DNA of 64,000 nt from Magnetospiraceae bacterium (GTDB lineage: Bacteria > Pseudomonadota > Alphaproteobacteria > Rhodospirillales > JBMYUJ01), in assembly GCA_049605255.1 (NCBI GenBank), contig JBMYUJ010000004.1:1954-65953 (forward strand), in the 5' to 3' direction. A model generated the notes under the pieces. The model saw only the letters and a list, made by a program, of their open reading frames with translations, was not told the origin of the DNA and made no database searches. Each line of letters begins with the position of its first letter. The stretch's first letter is position 1. Positions 36,275 to 45,980 of this stretch are shown piece after piece. The translations under genes and the position numbers were made by a program.

Positions 36275-36928
36275 TTATGTCCCCAGCGCGCGGTCGCTCA
36301 CATAAGGATTGTTCTGCCGTTCCTGGCCGAAGGTGGAGGGCGGGCCATGGCCCGGCACGAAGGTCACATGGTCGCCCAGGGGCCAGAGCTTCTGGGTGAT
36401 GGATGCGATCAGGGTGGCGTGGTCGCCACGGGGGAAATCCGTGCGCCCGATGGAGCCCTGAAAGAGCACGTCGCCGACCTGGGCAAACCCGGCCTCGGCA
36501 TGGTGGAACACCACATGGCCGGGGGTATGGCCGGGGCAATGGATCACGTTCAGGGTTTCGTCGCCCACGGTGACCGTATCGCCATCCTTCAGCCAGCGGT
36601 CGGGGGTGAAGACGCGGGCCCCGGCAATGCCATACCGCGCCCCGGCGACCGCCAGTTGCTCGATCCAAAACAGATCGTCTTCATGGGGCCCCTCGATGGG
36701 CACGCCATAGGCTTCCGCAAGGGTCACCGTGCCGCCCGCATGGTCTGCATGGCCATGGGTGACCAGCACTTTTTCCAAGGTCATGCCTATTTTTTCGATG
36801 GCGCTTTGGATCATCGGCACGTCGCCGCCCGGATCGATCACCGCGCCGATCATGGTTTCTTCCGACCAGATCAAGGTGCAGTTCTGCTGCAGGGGGGTGA
36901 CGGGCAGGATGGTCGCCTTCAAGGTCAT
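36275..36928 (-). CDS. MBL-fold metallo-hydrolase (glyoxalase II-like)
   Basis: 217 aa with the VTHGHADHAGG metal-binding motif, CPGHTPGH, and a downstream His/Asp. Its ATG overlaps the upstream TGA. Confidence 0.85.
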   Translation of the reverse strand: MTLKATILPVTPLQQNCTLIWSEETMIGAVIDPGGDVPMIQSAIEKIGMTLEKVLVTHGHADHAGGTVTLAEAYGVPIEGPHEDDLFWIEQLAVAGARYGIAGARVFTPDRWLKDGDTVTVGDETLNVIHCPGHTPGHVVFHHAEAGFAQVGDVLFQGSIGRTDFPRGDHATLIASITQKLWPLGDHVTFVPGHGPPSTFGQERQNNPYVSDRALGT

Positions 36929-37656
36929 GGCTTTGGGGTCTCCGGTGGCGGGGCGGTGGCGGCGTCTTCTTCACCAAGGGCTTCTTCCACGTCATGGCCC
37001 AGGCGTTTGCCATGCCGGTAGGTGCGATACAGATACACCCCCAACAGGGCCGACCCCACAAACAGCAGCACAGACAGCCCGATGCGCCATTCCGGGTCCA
37101 GGTTCACGCCGCTGCCGGCCAGGGCGAAGACGGCGGTTTGTGGGATGTAGCCAATGGCCGATCCGCCGATGAAAGGGGGTGCCTTGGCCTTGCTGACCCC
37201 GGCGGCCAAATTGGTCAAAAGATTATTGCCCACCGGCAATAGCCGGATCAGCACGGTCATCATGAAGGTGCGTTCCGACAGAAAATCATCGATCCGCTTC
37301 ATGCGGCGCGGTGCCCGGGCCTGGATCACTTTACGGCCCATGGCGCGGGCATAGAAAAACGCAATGGTGCAGCCGCCGGTGGTGGCGATCACGCTCAGCA
37401 AGGTGCCCTGGAAAAACCCGAAGGCGAACCCACCCAGAAAGCTGATCACCTGCCGGGGCAGGCCGAAGGCGGTAAACGGAATGGCGACGGCGAGGAAGAT
37501 CAGTTCCCCCATCACCCCCTGGCCCTTGATATGGGTGGCGACCCAATCTTCGGTCAGGAAATCGGCAATTCCGGTAAAACGCAGTATCAGCCCCGCTGCG
37601 ACAAAGGTCAGCAGCACGCCCAGGCCCCGCAGGAGATAGCCGAGGCGGATTTTCAC
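36925..37656 (-). CDS. TVP38/TMEM64-family membrane protein (DedA superfamily)
   Basis: Hydrophobic ORF of about 243 aa with the FGLPRQVISFLGGFAFG motif typical of TVP38/DedA. GTG 37656 overlaps the upstream GT2 TGA (GTGA). Confidence 0.75.
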   Translation of the reverse strand: MKIRLGYLLRGLGVLLTFVAAGLILRFTGIADFLTEDWVATHIKGQGVMGELIFLAVAIPFTAFGLPRQVISFLGGFAFGFFQGTLLSVIATTGGCTIAFFYARAMGRKVIQARAPRRMKRIDDFLSERTFMMTVLIRLLPVGNNLLTNLAAGVSKAKAPPFIGGSAIGYIPQTAVFALAGSGVNLDPEWRIGLSVLLFVGSALLGVYLYRTYRHGKRLGHDVEEALGEEDAATAPPPETPKP

Positions 37657-38393
37657 CCGTTGATTTCCGTGCTGCCGGTCACCTTGGCGCGCCGTTGCAG
37701 CCACATCACGCCCATCAGGTCGACAATGCCGACCCAGAGCCGGTTCCACATGCCGTATTTGGAGGTGCCGCGCTCCCGCGCCCGGTGATTGACAGGCACG
37801 GAAACCACCGCCCCGCCGCGCCGGATCATCAAGGCGGGCAGATAGCGGTGCATATGATCGAAATAGGGCAGGTCCAGGAACGCCGTGCGGGTAAACACCT
37901 TCAATCCGCAGCCCGTATCGGGGGTGTCGTCCTTCAACAGCCCCGCCCGGATCTTGTTGGCTTGCCGCGATTGCCAGCGGTAATAGGCCGTATCCTTGCG
38001 TTTCACCCGATGTCCGGCCACGATCAGAAAATCCGGGTCCGTGGCTTCCTTCAACCGGGCCACCAGAGTGGGGATATCGGCGGGGTCGTTCTGCCCGTCC
38101 CCGTCCAGGGTGGCGATCACGGGCGCGCGGGCCGCTTTCACCCCCGTGCGTACAGCGGTGCTTTGCCCGCTGCGTTTCTCGTGGCGAATCACCCGCAAGG
38201 TGGGGGTGGTGCCGAGGAGATCCTTCAACAATCGCGGGGTGCTATCGTCGCTGCCATCATCCACATAGACGATTTCATAGGGGGCGCCGCCGTCCAGCGC
38301 GGCAGTGATTTCCGCGATCAGGGGCGCGAGGTTTTCTTCCTCGTTCATCACGGGCACGACAACGGCCAGTTCGGGGGGCGTGTTCGCCGACAT
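37653..38393 (-). CDS. Family 2 glycosyltransferase (polyprenyl-phosphate sugar transferase, ArnC/DPM1-like)
   Basis: 246 aa: LAVVVPVMNEEENL...IVYVDDGSDDST...LDGDGQNDP (DxD) .... The short cytosolic GT-A form is typical of polyprenol-phosphate glycosyltransferases. Confidence 0.85.
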   Translation of the reverse strand: MSANTPPELAVVVPVMNEEENLAPLIAEITAALDGGAPYEIVYVDDGSDDSTPRLLKDLLGTTPTLRVIRHEKRSGQSTAVRTGVKAARAPVIATLDGDGQNDPADIPTLVARLKEATDPDFLIVAGHRVKRKDTAYYRWQSRQANKIRAGLLKDDTPDTGCGLKVFTRTAFLDLPYFDHMHRYLPALMIRRGGAVVSVPVNHRARERGTSKYGMWNRLWVGIVDLMGVMWLQRRAKVTGSTEING

Positions 38394-38447
38394 GGCAGGT
38401 CCTTTTCAGGCGGGCTTCGGGCTGCTCCTTAATACCGGAGCAGCCGG

Positions 38448-39038
38448 TCAGGACACAACCAGATTGACGAGATCGCCGCGGATACGGGCGACCATATCTT
38501 CATCGAACCCGTTGGCGGCGGTTTCCATCAAGTCAAACCAGGCCTGATCCCGATCCGCCGGTGACGCGCTTTCCGGCAGGGTTTGAAACCGCATGACCTG
38601 GGCATAAGCAATCCCGAGGCCGGAGCCAGAGGGTTCCCGCACGTCAAGCCGGGCGCCCAGGGAAACGATCAGCTTTTCCGCCTGTTCATCGCGCAACACA
38701 CCACGCACACCCTTGGTCACGGGCAACGCCTCGCTGCGGGCGGCGGCGTCGAATATGGTATACCGGGCAAGGGCCGTACCGCCCACCGCTTGCAGGCGCT
38801 GTTCCGCCCACCGGGTCAGCACCGCCGCCGGGGCCATGGCGGGGGGCAGATATTCCGTGGTTTGGCCTGGGGCAGCGGCGGCGATGTCGATCCTGGAGAC
38901 CCGCAGGCGGACCGGCGGATGATTGTAGAACTCCAGCCGTGCCGGCTGCACCGGCGCCCGTTCCGACGCCGTGGCGCAACCCGCGAGACCGATCACGGGA
39001 GACGCCGCCAGCAGACCGATTACTCTTCGGCGTTCCAT
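38448..39038 (-). CDS. Hypothetical lipoprotein
   Basis: 196 aa with a lipobox, MERRRVIGLLAASPVIGLAGC. No family recognised. Its start overlaps the hslO 3' end by 19 nt. Confidence 0.55.
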   Translation of the reverse strand: MERRRVIGLLAASPVIGLAGCATASERAPVQPARLEFYNHPPVRLRVSRIDIAAAAPGQTTEYLPPAMAPAAVLTRWAEQRLQAVGGTALARYTIFDAAARSEALPVTKGVRGVLRDEQAEKLIVSLGARLDVREPSGSGLGIAYAQVMRFQTLPESASPADRDQAWFDLMETAANGFDEDMVARIRGDLVNLVVS

Positions 39039-39907
39039 TCCCGCTCCAGTTCCGACAAGGCAAATACATAATCCCGCTTACAAAACTCGCAGGTCACACC
39101 GACGTTGCCATCCTCCGCCATATCGGCAATTTCGCCCCTGGGGAAAGCCGACAGGGTGCGGCCCACCTGGTCGCGGGAACAACGGCACTGAAACACCACG
39201 TCCCGCCGCTTGAAGACCCGCACGCCATCTTCATGATATAGCCGGAACAGCACCTCTTCCGGTGCCAAGGAGGGGTCCAGAAGTTCCCTATTGGTCACGC
39301 TGCCCATCAGGATCACCGATTCGCGCCAGATTTCGTCATTCTCTTCCTGATCCAGGGGGCGTTGGTCAGGCAAACGCTGCACCATCATCCCGGCGGCAAA
39401 ATTGCCATCCGTGCACAGCTTGATGGCGGTATCAATCTGTTCCGAGTTTTTGAAATAGGTATGGGCGCAATCGGCCAGGGTGGCGCCGCCCAGGTCGGTC
39501 ATTCCCTGATACCGGTCCTTCTTGCCCCGTTGCTCGACGATGAAGGACAGGCTCCCATTACCCAATAGCCGCGGCACTGGTTCCGATGATCGGGCGGTGG
39601 CAAAGGCCTCGGCATCAAACTTCCCGTAAGCCCGGAGATGCCCTTCGGAATTGATCTGGATCACAAGCGGGGAGAGTGGGCCGTCGCCCTGGGCTTGCAA
39701 GGTGAACAGCCCGTCGAACTTCAGGGCCGTGGCCATCAGGGCCGTCAAGGCCATGGCCTCCGCCGCCAAGAGCTTTGCGGGTTCGTGAAATTCGTGATGG
39801 TCCAATGCATCCCGGATCGCCGGGCCCAGGCGCACCATGCGCCCGCGCGGGCCCGTGTCGCGCACCTGAAACGGGACCACCAAATCCAGGGTTTGTGGCG
39901 TCGTCAC
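39020..39907 (-). CDS. hslO: Redox-regulated chaperone Hsp33
   Basis: 295 aa with a C-terminal zinc centre, CRCS...CEFC (VVFQCRCSRDQV...GVTCEFCKRDYVF), and an Hsp33-like N-terminal domain. The start is GTG. Confidence 0.9.
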   Translation of the reverse strand: MTTPQTLDLVVPFQVRDTGPRGRMVRLGPAIRDALDHHEFHEPAKLLAAEAMALTALMATALKFDGLFTLQAQGDGPLSPLVIQINSEGHLRAYGKFDAEAFATARSSEPVPRLLGNGSLSFIVEQRGKKDRYQGMTDLGGATLADCAHTYFKNSEQIDTAIKLCTDGNFAAGMMVQRLPDQRPLDQEENDEIWRESVILMGSVTNRELLDPSLAPEEVLFRLYHEDGVRVFKRRDVVFQCRCSRDQVGRTLSAFPRGEIADMAEDGNVGVTCEFCKRDYVFALSELEREWNAEE

Positions 39908-39910
39908 GGT

Positions 39911-40819
39911 CTAATGCCTCGCCATGGACCAGCGTAGGATGGATTTTTGCACATGCATGCGGTTTTCCGCCTCGTCCCAGACCACGGATTGCGGTCCGTC
40001 GATCACCGCGTCGGTTACTTCCTCACCCCGATGGGCGGGCAGGCAATGCATGAACAGGGCATCCACCGCCGCATGGCCCATCAGCGCCGCATCCACCTGG
40101 TAGGGGCGCAGCACCTGGCGCCGCCGGGCAGCATCCGTATCGCCCATGGACACCCAGGTATCTGTGACCACGCAATGGGCGCCGCTGACCGCTTCCACCG
40201 GGTCCTGGGTGAGGGTAACGGGGGCGTTTTCCTGTCGAATCCATTCCAGAATCTTCGGGCTGGGTTTCAGACTCGCCGGGCAGGCGACGTGCAGCTGAAA
40301 GCCCAGCCGCCCCGCCGCATGAATCCAACTATTGGCCACATTATTGGCATCCCCCGACCACGCGACGATCTTGCCCGCGATAGGCCCGCGATGTTCTTCA
40401 AAGGTCAGGATATCCGCCATGATCTGGCAGGGGTGACTGTCGTTGGTCAACCCGTTGATAATGGGGATGGTGGAGACCGACGCCATCTCGGTCAGGTTCT
40501 CCGGGTCGGAGGTGCGGATCATGATGCCATCCACGTAGCGCGACAAGACCCGCGCCGTGTCCGCCAAGGTCTCGCCCCGGCCAAGTTGCATCTCTTCGCC
40601 GTTCAGCACCACCGTATCGCCGCCCAACTGCTGCGCCGCGACCTCGAAGGACACCCGGGTGCGGGTGGACGGCTTTTCGAAAATCATCGCCAGGGTCTTG
40701 CCAGACATCACCCGTTCCGCGCCGCCGCGCTTCAGGGATTTGGCCGAATCCAGAATATACCGCAGCTCTTCCGAGGAAAGATCGCAAATATCGAGGAAAT
40801 GCCGGAGGTCATCGGTCAT
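39911..40819 (-). CDS. argF: Ornithine carbamoyltransferase
   Basis: 302 aa with STRTRVSFE (carbamoyl-phosphate site), HPCQ, and the HCLP motif ([13 protein letters not shown]). Confidence 0.95.
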   Translation of the reverse strand: MTDDLRHFLDICDLSSEELRYILDSAKSLKRGGAERVMSGKTLAMIFEKPSTRTRVSFEVAAQQLGGDTVVLNGEEMQLGRGETLADTARVLSRYVDGIMIRTSDPENLTEMASVSTIPIINGLTNDSHPCQIMADILTFEEHRGPIAGKIVAWSGDANNVANSWIHAAGRLGFQLHVACPASLKPSPKILEWIRQENAPVTLTQDPVEAVSGAHCVVTDTWVSMGDTDAARRRQVLRPYQVDAALMGHAAVDALFMHCLPAHRGEEVTDAVIDGPQSVVWDEAENRMHVQKSILRWSMARH

Positions 40820-40822
40820 CGG

Positions 40823-41995
40823 TCACGCCGCCAATTCTGCACAGGTTTTCTCCAAAATTTCCGCCCCTTGCCGCGCCTGCCCTTCGGTGAGAATCAACGG
40901 CGGCAGGAACCGGACCACGTTGTCCGCGGCACCGACCGATAACAGGCCGTTTTTCAGCAGTGCTTTCACGAGCGTGCCATTTGGCACGGCGCATTTCAGG
41001 CCCAACATCAGGCCCATGCCCCGCACACCGACGATCACCTTGGGGTAAGCCGCCGCAATGCGCCGCAATTCATCCCCGAGCACCCCGGCGACCTTGTTCA
41101 CATTGTCCAAGAAGCCGTCTTCCAACACCAGATCCAGCACCGTATTGGCCACGGCGCAGGCCAGCGGATTGCCGCCATAGGTGCTGCCATGGGTGCCCGG
41201 GGTCATGCCTTGCGCGGCGTTTTCCGTCGCCACGCAGGCGCCCAAGGGGAACCCGCCGCCCAAACCTTTTGCCAGCGCCATGATATCCGGTGCTGCCCCT
41301 GGCCATTCATAGGCGAACAGCTTGCCGGTGCGACCAATACCGCATTGAATCTCATCGTAGATCAGCAACAAGCCGAACTCGTCCGCCGTTTGCCGCAGGT
41401 CTTGCAAGAACCCCTTCGCCGCGGCGTTGATGCCGCCTTCGCCCTGGATGGGCTCCACCAAAATGGCGCCGGTCTGGTCGGTGATGGCCGCCCGCACGGC
41501 ATTCAGATTGCCGAAGGGCACATGGTCGAACCCTTCCAGATGGGGGCCAAAGCCTTCCATATGCTTTTCCTGCCCGCCCGCCGCGATGGTCGCCAGGCTA
41601 CGGCCATGAAAAGCGCCTTCGAAGGCGATCACCCGGTATTTATCGGGGTTGCCGGTTACGTCATGATAGCGCCGCGCCATTTTCAGCGCGCATTCCATGG
41701 CTTCGACGCCCGAATTGGTCATGAACACCGTATCGCCGAAGGACAGGTCCACCAGCCGCTTGGCCAGTTTCTCCTGCCCCGGGATGCGAAACAGGTTGGA
41801 GCAGTGCCAGATCTTTCCCGCCTGCTCGGTCAATGCCGCCACCAGCTTGGGATGGGCATGGCCCAGGGAGGTCACCGCGATGCCGGCTGCGAAATCCAGG
41901 AAATGGCGCCCGTCCGTCGACCAGACATGCACACCCTCGCCCCGTTCCAGGGCAAGGTCAAACCGGGCATAGGTCGGCAAGACGGGATCGATCAT
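40823..41995 (-). CDS. argD: Acetylornithine aminotransferase (class III PLP aminotransferase)
   Basis: Signature regions [37 protein letters not shown] and TYGGNPLA. The start is probably ATG 41995 ([12 protein letters not shown]); the ORF track starts at 42019. Confidence 0.9.
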   Translation of the reverse strand: MIDPVLPTYARFDLALERGEGVHVWSTDGRHFLDFAAGIAVTSLGHAHPKLVAALTEQAGKIWHCSNLFRIPGQEKLAKRLVDLSFGDTVFMTNSGVEAMECALKMARRYHDVTGNPDKYRVIAFEGAFHGRSLATIAAGGQEKHMEGFGPHLEGFDHVPFGNLNAVRAAITDQTGAILVEPIQGEGGINAAAKGFLQDLRQTADEFGLLLIYDEIQCGIGRTGKLFAYEWPGAAPDIMALAKGLGGGFPLGACVATENAAQGMTPGTHGSTYGGNPLACAVANTVLDLVLEDGFLDNVNKVAGVLGDELRRIAAAYPKVIVGVRGMGLMLGLKCAVPNGTLVKALLKNGLLSVGAADNVVRFLPPLILTEGQARQGAEILEKTCAELAA

Positions 41996-42112
41996 GATAC
42001 TTCCTCCGGGGCCGCGCATTCTTCTGTTTCAAGGCGCTGGCGAGAAAGCGGCACAGTATGGGAATCCGCCCCTAACCTGTCAACGGCAGAAACGTGATGG
42101 TTTCAAGGGGGC

Positions 42113-42973
42113 TCAACCGGCGGGCTGAACCGTGTATCCATTTTGCCGCAACAGCTCTAAAAGGCCGCCTTCGCCGGGCAAATGAAGCGCCCCGATGGCA
42201 ACAAAAACCTGCCCCTCGCCAAGCAGGGGGAGCATGCGTTCGATCATACGCTTGTTGCGGTCCAGCACCAATTGCCGCCCGAATTGCCGCGCCAGTTCCG
42301 GTTTGAGGGAGGCTTTGGATTTTTCGGTAATGGCGACCAGCCGATCCAGGTCTCCCGCCGCGTAGGCATCTATCATGTCCGCCAGGGTCTGCGGGATATC
42401 GTCCAGGTTCTCCACCGTATCCACCAGGATCGCCACCTGATCGGCTTCGGAGAAGGTGTCGAAGGCTTCTAGCTGTTCCCCCGCCGTTTCCAATGGCACA
42501 ATCTTCTTGCCCGCCGCCTTGGCGCGGGCCTGCAGGGCGAGGTCTAGCACCTTGTTGGGGTCCTCATTTGGCGTGCCGATCACCACCGCTGCCGCCCAGG
42601 GCTTCAGCAGCATCACCATTTGCGGCGGCAAGCCTTTTTGCGCCGCCTTGTCGGTCACGGTTTCGAACATCTCCGGGGAAAGCATTTTGTTCAGACGCCG
42701 CCCGTCGGTCATCAGCATGCGCCGGGTAACCTCCAACTGCGCCGCCATATCGATCACCAGTTCCACTACAAGGGTATCGGCTTTGTCGAAGGCGGCCTCT
42801 GCGGCGGGTTTGAGGGTCGCCACCCGGGGATCGCCCGAATGCATGGTGCCGAAGATATGACCCATTGCCGCGCCGTCCTTCGAAAGCGCGTAGAGCAGGC
42901 CCTTGTCCTCCGCTTGGGCGGGTAATACGGCAAGGGTCAGCAGCAGGAATGAGGCAATCAGGCGGGCGATCAT
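42113..42973 (-). CDS. TraB/GumN-family protein (periplasmic)
   Basis: 286 aa with a signal peptide (MIARLIASFLLLTLAVLPAQA), GHIFGTMHSGDPRV and a C-terminal FVAIGALHLPGEGGLLELL pattern, both typical of TraB/GumN. Confidence 0.75.
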   Translation of the reverse strand: MIARLIASFLLLTLAVLPAQAEDKGLLYALSKDGAAMGHIFGTMHSGDPRVATLKPAAEAAFDKADTLVVELVIDMAAQLEVTRRMLMTDGRRLNKMLSPEMFETVTDKAAQKGLPPQMVMLLKPWAAAVVIGTPNEDPNKVLDLALQARAKAAGKKIVPLETAGEQLEAFDTFSEADQVAILVDTVENLDDIPQTLADMIDAYAAGDLDRLVAITEKSKASLKPELARQFGRQLVLDRNKRMIERMLPLLGEGQVFVAIGALHLPGEGGLLELLRQNGYTVQPAG

Positions 42974-43006
42974 GGATATCCTCCCCGAGGCGCTTTGGTT
43001 TCCAAT

Positions 43007-43789
43007 TTAGCTCTTTAGTTTATAGCCCATGGCAAACAGACGGTGGCAGGTCCACCACAAAAAGGCGTTGATCCCGCCGACCACGATCACCCCCGCCCAC
43101 AGGTTGCTGTCCGCATGGCCGGTGAAGCCATAGCGGAACCCATCGATGGCATAGAAGAACGGGTTGAAATGGGCGATCACCTGGGCGAAGGCGGGCAGCC
43201 GTTCGATGGAATAAAATGTCCCAGACAGGAACGCCAAAGGGGTGACGATGAAATTGGTCACGGCGGCCACATGATCGAACTTTTCCGACCAGATGCCCGC
43301 GAGCATGCCCAACAGCGACAGCATCAACGACCCCCCCAGAGCATGGAACAGAACAAAAAACGGATTATGGATCGACATGGGCACGAAAAAGGCGGTGGCG
43401 AGGGCGACAAAGAACCCCACCGCCACGCCGCGTGTGGCACCGCCCAACGCAAACCCCAAGGTCAGATCATGGGCCGTGAGGGGCGGCATCAGGGTATCGA
43501 CGATATTCCCCTGGATCTTGGAGATCAGCAACGAAGTGGAGGTGTTGGTAAAGGCGTTCTGGGTCATCGCCATCATCACCAGTCCCGGTGCCAGGAAAGA
43601 CGCGAACGGCACCCCCGCCACATGCTCCACGGACCGGCCCAGGGCCAGGGTAAACACCGCCAGAAACAACAAGGTGGTAATCACCGGCGCCATGATGGTT
43701 TGGGTATAAACCTTGGTAAACCGACGGACCTCCCGCACATAAAGGGTCCAGACGGCCAAACCGTCGCTGAAGGCGATGGGGGATTTCAT
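43007..43789 (-). CDS. ABC-2-type transporter permease
   Basis: From ATG 43789: MKSPIAFSDGLAVWTLYVREVRRFTKVYTQTIMAPVITTLLFLAVF.... 260 aa with six hydrophobic segments and a YadH/NodJ-like look. No ATPase gene is adjacent. Confidence 0.75.
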   Translation of the reverse strand: MKSPIAFSDGLAVWTLYVREVRRFTKVYTQTIMAPVITTLLFLAVFTLALGRSVEHVAGVPFASFLAPGLVMMAMTQNAFTNTSTSLLISKIQGNIVDTLMPPLTAHDLTLGFALGGATRGVAVGFFVALATAFFVPMSIHNPFFVLFHALGGSLMLSLLGMLAGIWSEKFDHVAAVTNFIVTPLAFLSGTFYSIERLPAFAQVIAHFNPFFYAIDGFRYGFTGHADSNLWAGVIVVGGINAFLWWTCHRLFAMGYKLKS

Positions 43790-43867
43790 ATGGGTCTTCC
43801 AATCTTCTTGCGGACAGCCCTTGGGGCTTGTGAGCCTGTTTTGTACCCTGCTAAGAGCGTCGATACC

Positions 43868-44431
43868 ATGGCGAAAAAAGCACCCCGAAAGATAACCCCG
43901 GATCGATTGCAGAACATTGCCCTGCATTATCTGGCCCGCTATGCGGCGTCCGAGGCGGCGTTGCGCCGGGTGCTGGTGCGCCGGGTAGACCGCGCGCTAA
44001 TGGCCCATGGGGGCGACCGGGCCGCGCTTCTGGAAATGGTGGAGGATCTGATCGGTCGGCTGCGGGCCAAGGGATTTCTGGATGATGCGGCCTATGCCGC
44101 GGGGCAGTCGGGTTCTTTGCGGCGGCGCGGCGCCTCCCGGCGGCAGATTCTGGCGAAGCTATCGGAAAAAGGCGTGGATAGGGAGACCGCAATGATGGCC
44201 CTCGCCGCCGTAGATGCAGAAAACGACACCACAGACCTTACCGCCGCCATTGCCCTCGCCCGGCGCCGTCGGTTGGGTCCGTACCGAGTGTCGGCGGAAG
44301 CGCGGGCGGATCGGCGGATGAAGGATATGGCGGCCCTGGCCCGTGCCGGGTTCGCGCCCGATGTCGCCCGCCGGGTGATCGACGCCCAAACGGTGGAAGC
44401 GCTCGAAGCAGAGGATGGGGAGCGGTTTTAG
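43868..44431 (+). CDS. recX: RecA regulator RecX
   Basis: From ATG 43868: MAKKAPRKITPDRLQNIALHYLARYAASEAALRRVL...FLDDAAYA...three-helix repeats. 187 aa. ORF 43043..44431 over-extends on the antisense of the permease gene. Confidence 0.8.
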   Translation: MAKKAPRKITPDRLQNIALHYLARYAASEAALRRVLVRRVDRALMAHGGDRAALLEMVEDLIGRLRAKGFLDDAAYAAGQSGSLRRRGASRRQILAKLSEKGVDRETAMMALAAVDAENDTTDLTAAIALARRRRLGPYRVSAEARADRRMKDMAALARAGFAPDVARRVIDAQTVEALEAEDGERF

Positions 44432-44441
44432 CGTCCGGACC

Positions 44442-45887
44442 CTAACCCCGCCAGAAGGACCGGGTGAACAGTACCAGCACGGTAAACAGTTCCAACCGCC
44501 CCAGCAGCATGCCAAACGACATCACCCATTTGGCGCCATCGGGCAGGTTGGTAAAGGTGCCCGCCGGGCCAACTTCATCCCCCAATCCGGGGCCCACATT
44601 GGCGATGGCCGTCGCGGCGCTGGACATGGCGGTGATGTAATCCAGCCCCATCATGCCGAGCACGATGGCCAGAACAGAAAAGCTCAGCCCGAATAGGAAG
44701 ATAAAGCCCAGCACGGAGGCGATAATCTCGTCAGTGATCGGCCGCTTGTTATAATAGGGCACGAACACGCCATGAGGCTGCAACAGGGTTTTCATCTGCG
44801 TGACGGCAGCCGCAAAAACCACCTGAAAGCGGAAGATCTTGATCCCGCAGGTTGTGGATCCCGCGCAGCCGCCGATGACCATGATGAGGAAAAACAGCGG
44901 CGTCGCAAAAGCGCCCCATTGCCCGTAATCGGTGGTGGCAAAGCCGGTGCCTGTCATGACAGAAATACAGTTAAAGGCCGCGAACCGCAGGGCGGTGACG
45001 GGCTCCACCTCCGCTTGCAGCCAGAGGAACAGGGTACAGGCCAACACCACCGATCCGGCGATGGCGAGAAACCAGCGGATCTGGCTGTCGGTAACGAGAG
45101 ACCGAAAATCCCCCCGCATCATGCGCATGTAAACGAGGAAAGGCAGGCTGCCGACCACCATCCCGGCGATGATGATCATATCAATGGTGGCGCTGTTGAA
45201 ATGCCCCACCGAACCGTCGGAAGTGGAAAACCCTCCGGTGGCAATGGTGGTCATGGCATGGGCCACGGCCTCGAACCCGTTCATGCCCGCGCCCCATAGG
45301 GCGATGGCCCAGGCGAGGGTGAGGGAGACGTAAATGCCGGTGAGCGCGCCGGACATTTGCGCCGCCTTTGGCAAAACCTTTTCCTCCGTATCGAAGGCTT
45401 CGACCTTAAAGATCTGCATGCCACCGATGCGCAGGATCGGCAGGATGGCGATGGCCATCACGATAATCCCCAGTCCACCCAGCCATTGCAGGATCGCCCG
45501 CCAGAGCAACAGGCCCGGCGGCACCGAATCCAACCCCACGATCACGGTCGACCCGGTCGTGGTAATCCCGGACATGGATTCGAAAAACGCATCGGTAAAC
45601 GACATGTCCAGTTCGGAAAAGGCCAGCGGCAGGGCGCCGAACAGGGTCAGCGCCAACCAGCTAAAGGTGACCATGATAAACCCTTGGCGTAGATTGAACC
45701 GCCGGGTCGTGCCGCGATTGGCCAGGATCAGGGAAACGCCCACGAACAGGGTGCAGCCCGCGGACACCGCAAAGACCTGCCAATCGGGATGCCCGCCAGC
45801 CAGGTCCAACACGGCGGGCAGCACCATCGCCATGGCCAGGATGGTCAGCAAGATACCGATGACCAAGAGGACGGGACGGAAATTCAC
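44442..45887 (-). CDS. trkH: TrkH-family potassium uptake protein
   Basis: 481 aa, polytopic, with selectivity-filter-like repeats (SGITTTGST, IATGGFS, MTGTGFAT, VGPGLG). The start is GTG. Confidence 0.9.
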   Translation of the reverse strand: MNFRPVLLVIGILLTILAMAMVLPAVLDLAGGHPDWQVFAVSAGCTLFVGVSLILANRGTTRRFNLRQGFIMVTFSWLALTLFGALPLAFSELDMSFTDAFFESMSGITTTGSTVIVGLDSVPPGLLLWRAILQWLGGLGIIVMAIAILPILRIGGMQIFKVEAFDTEEKVLPKAAQMSGALTGIYVSLTLAWAIALWGAGMNGFEAVAHAMTTIATGGFSTSDGSVGHFNSATIDMIIIAGMVVGSLPFLVYMRMMRGDFRSLVTDSQIRWFLAIAGSVVLACTLFLWLQAEVEPVTALRFAAFNCISVMTGTGFATTDYGQWGAFATPLFFLIMVIGGCAGSTTCGIKIFRFQVVFAAAVTQMKTLLQPHGVFVPYYNKRPITDEIIASVLGFIFLFGLSFSVLAIVLGMMGLDYITAMSSAATAIANVGPGLGDEVGPAGTFTNLPDGAKWVMSFGMLLGRLELFTVLVLFTRSFWRG

Positions 45888-45980
45888 AACAAGACCCAGG
45901 CGTTATTCCCTACGCTTCTTCAATACCCGGTTCGCTCCCCGCGCGGAAGGAAAACCAGCCATTAGGGTTTATTGCCGCTC

